DNA from: Anaerolineae bacterium
GTDB lineage: Bacteria; Chloroflexota; Anaerolineae; CG2-30-64-16
Direction: 5' to 3'
Assembly (NCBI GenBank): GCA_034432655.1
Contig: DAOUBP010000096.1
Span: 1,849-65,848 of the forward strand
DNA: 64,000 nt
Numbering within the stretch: the stretch's first letter is position 1; each line of letters opens with the position of its first letter. Shown in pieces: positions 59,307 through 64,000 of the stretch. Both the position numbers and the translations under genes were made by a program. The notes beneath the pieces are model-generated. The model was given only the letters and a program-made list of their open reading frames with translations, was not told the DNA's origin and did no database searches.

Positions 59307-59582
59307 GGGGTTTGGATTGCAGCATCAGGATGCCGCTTTGGGTTTGGACGTGGCTGACGATGGGAAAGCGGCGCCGTAGCGCCGCAATCCAAAGTGGTGC
59401 GGGGTTTGGATTGCGGCATCAGGATGCCGCTTTGGGTTTGGACGTGGCTGACGGTGGGAAAGCGGCGCCGTAGCGCCGCAATCCAAAGTGGTGCAGGGTT
59501 TAGATTGCGGCATCAGGATGCCGCTTTGGGTTTGGACGTGGCTGGCGGTGGGAAAGCGGCGCCGTAGCGCCGCAATCCAAAG
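59307..59582. repeat. Three tandem copies of a 94-bp element with nested dyad symmetry (structured RNA or REP-like element)
   Basis: units 59307-59400, 59401-59494, 59495-59582 (~95% identical); each has outer stem ttggattgc/gcaatccaa enclosing hairpins gcggcatc-ag-gatgccgc and gcggcgc-cgta-gcgccgc. Confidence 0.85.
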
Positions 59583-59594
59583 ACGAGAGGAACG

Positions 59595-60683
59595 ATGAGC
59601 GCGCGCGAAGCGTTGCCCGAGCAAGTTTGTCGTCTGTGCAGCCGGCGGGACCGGTTGATCGCCGGGATGCTGGGGCTGTGTCGCGCGTGCATTGCAGCGC
59701 GGCCGGCGGAGGCGCGGGTCATTGCGGAGCGCAGCCACCGCGCGGGCCGACGGGTGTTCGATCTGCCTTTGCAGCCGCCCCAGGCGCTGGGCGGGGTGCG
59801 CTGCGGCTTGTGCAGCCAGGCATGTCGGATCGGCGAGGGGGAGCGAGGCTACTGCGGGCTGCGCACGGTGAGAAACGGCCGGCTGGTGCACCTGGCCGGC
59901 ACCCCCGAACAAGGGCTGTTGAGCTGGTACCGCGATCCGTTGCCGACCAACTGCGTGGCCGACCCCTTTTGTGCGGGACATGATCAGCGGGGCTACCATA
60001 ACCTGGCCGTCTTCTACGAGAGTTGTACTTTCGACTGTCTCTATTGCCAGAACTGGCACTACCGGGAGACCGACCCGGTGCGGAGTCGCAAAATTTCGGC
60101 CCGGGAGCTGGCGGACGCGGCTAACTCCCGTACCTTTTGCATTTGTTACTTCGGCGGCGACCCGGCCTCACAGATGCCCCATGCGCTGGCCGCAGCCCGT
60201 TTGCTGGCCGAGCGCGGGGTGGCGATATGTTGGGAGACCGCCGGCAGCGCCAGTCCGCGCTTGATGGATCGGGCAGTTGAACTCTCACTGTACAGCGGTG
60301 GGACGGTCAAGTTCGACCTGAAAGCGTTCGACGCGGGCCTGCACTACGCGCTCACCGGTGCGTCCAATGCCCAGACGCTGGCGAACTTCGCGCGCGCGGC
60401 CCGCCGTGCGCTTGAGCGCCCCCAGCCGCCCCTGGTGGTGGCCAGCACATTGCTGGTGCCGGGTTATGTGGATGCGGAAGAGATCGGGCGGATCGCCCGT
60501 TTCATCGCTGACGTGAATCCCCATGTCCCCTATGTGCTGCTGGCTTTTGCCCCCAACTGCCTGATGCCCGACCTGCCGACGACTTCGGTTTCTCATGTGG
60601 AAGCAGCGCTGGCCGCTGCGTATCGGGCGGGCCTGCGCAACGTGCGCGTCGGCAACCGGCACCTTCTATCTCGGGATTATTGA
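59595..60683 (+). CDS. Radical SAM enzyme (PflA/YjjW/AmmeMemoRadiSam-like) with N-terminal Cys-rich zinc-ribbon-like region
   Basis: C-x3-C-x2-C in CTFDCLYCQNW; upstream CRLCSRRD...CRAC and CGLCSQACRIGEGERGYCGLR. Confidence 0.6.
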   Translation: MSAREALPEQVCRLCSRRDRLIAGMLGLCRACIAARPAEARVIAERSHRAGRRVFDLPLQPPQALGGVRCGLCSQACRIGEGERGYCGLRTVRNGRLVHLAGTPEQGLLSWYRDPLPTNCVADPFCAGHDQRGYHNLAVFYESCTFDCLYCQNWHYRETDPVRSRKISARELADAANSRTFCICYFGGDPASQMPHALAAARLLAERGVAICWETAGSASPRLMDRAVELSLYSGGTVKFDLKAFDAGLHYALTGASNAQTLANFARAARRALERPQPPLVVASTLLVPGYVDAEEIGRIARFIADVNPHVPYVLLAFAPNCLMPDLPTTSVSHVEAALAAAYRAGLRNVRVGNRHLLSRDY

Positions 60684-60782
60684 ACTGGATTTGGAGTTGT
60701 TTTCGTTTGGATGTTATAATCTGGCCTCGATGCCAGTTCCTGCTTCAATCCCAGTTCAGACAAACCCGGCAAGGAGCGAATA

Positions 60783-63700
60783 GATGTCCCGTCGCCTCTC
60801 TTTCATCCTCGCGCTGATCGTGTTGATCATGTCGTTGGCACCTGTCAGTCTTGCTGCACCCGGCGCCCAGGTGATTACACCTTTGGGGCCCATTCAACCC
60901 CTACCGGCCGCGGAGGACGATACCCTCTCCGTGTACATCGTCCGGCTGAAAGGACAGTCGTTGGCCGCATATCGCGGCGATATTGCTGGTTTACCCGCCA
61001 CCAGCCCCGAGGTCACCGGCGTCCGCAAGCTGGATGTGAACGCCGCAGCCAGTCGTGCTTACCTGGACTTTCTGGCTCAGAAGCGCGCCGAGTTCTTACA
61101 AGCGGCTGAGCAACGTTTGGGCCGGCCGCTGGCCGTGCGTTACGTTTACGATGTGGTGCTCAACGGCCTGACCGTGGAGTTGACCCCTGGGGAGGCCGCG
61201 GCCATCGCCGAGCTGCCCATGGTCGTGAGCGTGCGCCCCAACATCAAGCGCGAGCTGCTTACCGACCGTGGCCCTAACTGGATCGGCGCTCCTGCGCTGT
61301 GGGGTGCCTCCAATGCCTGCGCGCCGGGCGGCAAGTGCGGTGAGGGCATCATCATCGGCATCATCGACACCGGCATCAACACCGACCATCCCTCCTTCGC
61401 CGACATCGGCGGCGACGGCTACGACCACACCAATCCCTTCGGCTCCGGCGTTTACAAGGGGTGGTGCAACCCCGGCTTCCCCAAGCTGGTGACTTGTAAC
61501 GACAAGCTGATCGGCGCCTGGAGCTACACCTCCAGCAGCAACGACCCTGAGGATGAGAACGGCCACGGCAGCCACACCGCCAGCACCGCCGGTGGCAACC
61601 GGCTCTACAACGCTTTGCTGGACGAGCCGACCATTGACCTGGCCTTCGACATCTCCGGCGTGGCGCCGCATGCCAACATCATCGCCTACGATGCCTGTAC
61701 TGATGATGGTTGCAGCCTTGATGCGCTCCTTGAAGCCATTGATCAGGCCGTGGCTGACGGCGTGGACGTGATCAACTATTCCATCGGCAGCGCGGCTACC
61801 ACCAGCCCCTGGACCGACGACGACGCGCTGGCCTTCCTGGACGCACGGGCGGCCGGCGTGTTCGTGGCCGCCTCGGCCGGCAACCGCGGGCCGGGCCCCG
61901 GCACCACCGGCTCCCCTGCCAATGCGCCCTGGCTCACCTCGGTAGCGGCCGGCACCCACGACCGCGCGCTGGTCAACGCGCTGGTGGACCTGACCGGCGG
62001 CACTTATGCGCTGGCCGACATCCAGGGCCGCAGCGTGACCGCCGGCTACGGCCCGGCGCCCATCGTCTACGCCGGGGACTACGGCAACGCGCTGTGCAAG
62101 GCCGGCATCTGGTCGCCCGGCACCTTCAGCGGCCAGATCGTGGTGTGCGACCGCGGAGAGATCGCGCGCGTGGAAAAGGCGGAAAACGTGCAGGCGGCCG
62201 GCGGCGGCGGCATGGTGCTGGCCAACGCCGCGGCCAACGGCGACGAGCTGATCGGTGACGCATATGTCATCCCCGGCGTGCACATCACCTACAACGACGG
62301 CGTGGCGCTCAAGAGCTGGCTGGCCAGCGGCTCCGGCCATACCGGCCGGATCGCCGGCACCAGCAAGGATATCCAGGACGTTAACGGCGACGTGATGGCC
62401 GCCTTCAGCTCGCGTGGGCCGAACAAAGCGATCAACGGCAACGTGCTCAAGCCCGACGTCCTGGCGCCCGGTGTGGATATCCTGGCCGCCTGGGCTACCC
62501 TGCCCGGCGAGCCTGCGCCGGAGCTGGAGATTATCAGCGGCACCTCGATGTCGAGCCCGCATACGGCCGGCGCCGGCGCACTCATGAAGCAGGTCCATCC
62601 CACCTGGACGCCGGCCGAGATCCAGTCCGCGCTCATGACTACCGCCTGGCTGCAAAACGTGCGCGAGGAGGACGGCATCACGCCGGTGGATCCCTTCGAC
62701 GTGGGCAGCGGACGCGTTAACCTGGCCGCAGCCGTCAACGCCGGCCTGGTGCTCAACGTGACCACCACCGAGTACCAGAATGCCGACCCCGCGCTGGGCG
62801 GGGACCCCACCACCCTGAACATCGCCAGCATGGCCAACGGCGCCTGCTACAAGACCTGCGCCTGGACGCGCACCGTGCGCAACCCCACGGCCACGGCCAT
62901 GAGCTGGACCGGCAGCTTCACCGGCTTCGACGGCCTGGCCGGCACCCTGTCTCCGACCAGCTTCAGCCTGGCCGGCGGCGCCAGCCAGAGCTTCACCTTG
63001 ACCATCAACGACGTGACCGGCCTGACCCCCGGCCAGTGGTATTTCGGCCGCGTGGTGTTCAAGGAAGCCAACGGCCTGGCGCCCGACGCGCACTTCCCCG
63101 TTGCGGTGCGGGTGGCCAACACCACCGACAGCCTGATGGTCACCAAGTCTGCCACGCCGGCCGGCCTGGCGCCCGGCGGCACGGTGAAATTCGACGTGAC
63201 GATCAAGAACAAGGCCACCTCCGCCCGCACCTTCAACGTCACCGACCCGGTGCCAGCCAACGCCACCTACGTGTCCGGCTCGGCCACCGGCGGCTGGACC
63301 TACAACGGCGGCACCAACACCCTGAGCGGCAGCGTCAACCTGCCGGCCGCCACCTTCACCTGGGTTGAGAAGAACCTCTCCGGCTACCAGAGCCTGGCCG
63401 CCGAGGGCATCCCGCCGTGGGACCTCACCGGGCTCAACCTGGACACGGGCTGCTTCAGCATCGGCGGCATGGACTTCTACTACCTCGGCGATCACTACAC
63501 CGAGGCCATCATCACGGTGAACGGCGTCTTCCGTGCCGGGATACCTGCCATCCCTCTCTGTCCAAGCAATACCAATCAGAATATCCCCAGCAACGACCCA
63601 CTCGATGTCAACGACAACGTGATCGCGCCCTTCTGGGCTGACCTGGACCTGAGCACCGGCAACCTGTACGGCGCCATTATCCTGTGGAACGGCGCCGCCC

Positions 63701-64000
63701 ACACCGTCATCGAGTGGGAGAACGTGAAGTTCAAGCAAACCAACCAGCTCATCAGCTTCCAGCTCTGGATCGAGGACGGCACGGACAACATCTGGTTCTC
63801 CTATCCGCCCGGTTTCAACACTTCTCTGGGCACCACCACCCCCAGCGCCACCGTCGGCGCGGAGAACCTGGCCGGCACGCAAGCGGCCAAGTACTACTAC
63901 CGCGGCAGCTCCGGCTCTCCCACGGGCACGATACCCACGGGCGCGGTGGACGTGTGGGTGGGCCTGAACCCCTCCTCCCAGGTGTTGAGCTACCAGGCGA
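60783..64000 (+). CDS. S8 subtilisin-like peptidase with I9 propeptide and PA domain (3' partial; runs off window)
   Basis: signal peptide LSFILALIVLIMSLAPVSLA; YIVRLKGQ propeptide; D (IIGIIDTGIN), H (GHGSHTASTAGG), S (GTSMSSPHTAGAGAL); PA insert IVVCDRGEIARVEKAENVQAAGGGGMVLAN. Confidence 0.8.

Noticed and set aside
59307-59582. CRISPR array
   Set aside because: The units are 94 bp and directly abut one another with no unique spacers, and no cas genes are present. It is a tandem repeat, not a CRISPR array.
61096-63882. 928-aa ORF on - strand
   Set aside because: Antisense to the S8 subtilase gene, whose + frame carries unmistakable D/H/S catalytic motifs. The Gly/Ala/Arg-rich translation is typical of GC3 shadow ORFs.
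1-64000. tRNA/rRNA genes, transposases, integrases, phage genes
   Set aside because: Intergenic regions are short (mostly <200 bp) and contain no cloverleaf-like T-arm/anticodon signatures. No DDE-transposase or tyrosine-recombinase-like ORFs are visible.

Overview
High-GC (about 65%) bacterial DNA with strong GC3 codon bias. Gene content and the Thr/Pro-linker-rich secreted multidomain proteins suggest a Chloroflexota-like organism, but that is a guess.

The window is a large co-directional accessory locus in three parts.

1. About 2-14 kb, + strand: three tandem paralogous genes for giant secreted proteins. Each has a PHB-depolymerase-family esterase-like alpha/beta-hydrolase domain, a DNRLRE-like domain, a BNR/Asp-box beta-propeller (paralogs A and B only), SdrD-B/Cna-B-like domains and TPTATP linkers.

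2. About 14-40 kb, + strand: a Wzx/Wzy-type glycan assembly cluster. It encodes two SAM methyltransferases, a Wzx flippase, an AsnB-like protein, seven or more GT4/GT1 glycosyltransferases, a Wzz-like protein, a Wzy_C/O-antigen-ligase-family protein, a hexapeptide acetyltransferase, GT-C (PMT/ArnT-like) membrane proteins, a radical SAM/SPASM enzyme and the priming sugar-phosphate transferase. Three more giant secreted proteins with a glycoside-hydrolase-like domain are interleaved or follow.

3. About 48-58 kb, - strand: a protease island with two clan-CD/C25 gingipain-like peptidases, an M14 carboxypeptidase, an S8 subtilase and an FN3-like membrane-anchored protein. It is followed by a DUF72 gene, a triple 94-bp structured tandem repeat, a second radical SAM gene and a partial S8 subtilase.

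The most striking signal is a short extreme-C-terminal motif, basic-x-Y-[LI]-P-L-[LVI]-[LVI]-R, placed after a Thr/Pro linker. It appears on six proteins (three esterase-like, two GH-like, one C25 peptidase) and once internally in another. It does not fit any named sorting signal I recognise: no TM helix or basic tail follows it. I propose a candidate new C-terminal sorting/processing signal, possibly linked to protein O-glycosylation of the TP linkers and to the adjacent C25 (PorU-like) peptidases.

No tRNA, rRNA, CRISPR or transposase was found. Long antisense ORFs are GC3 artefacts.
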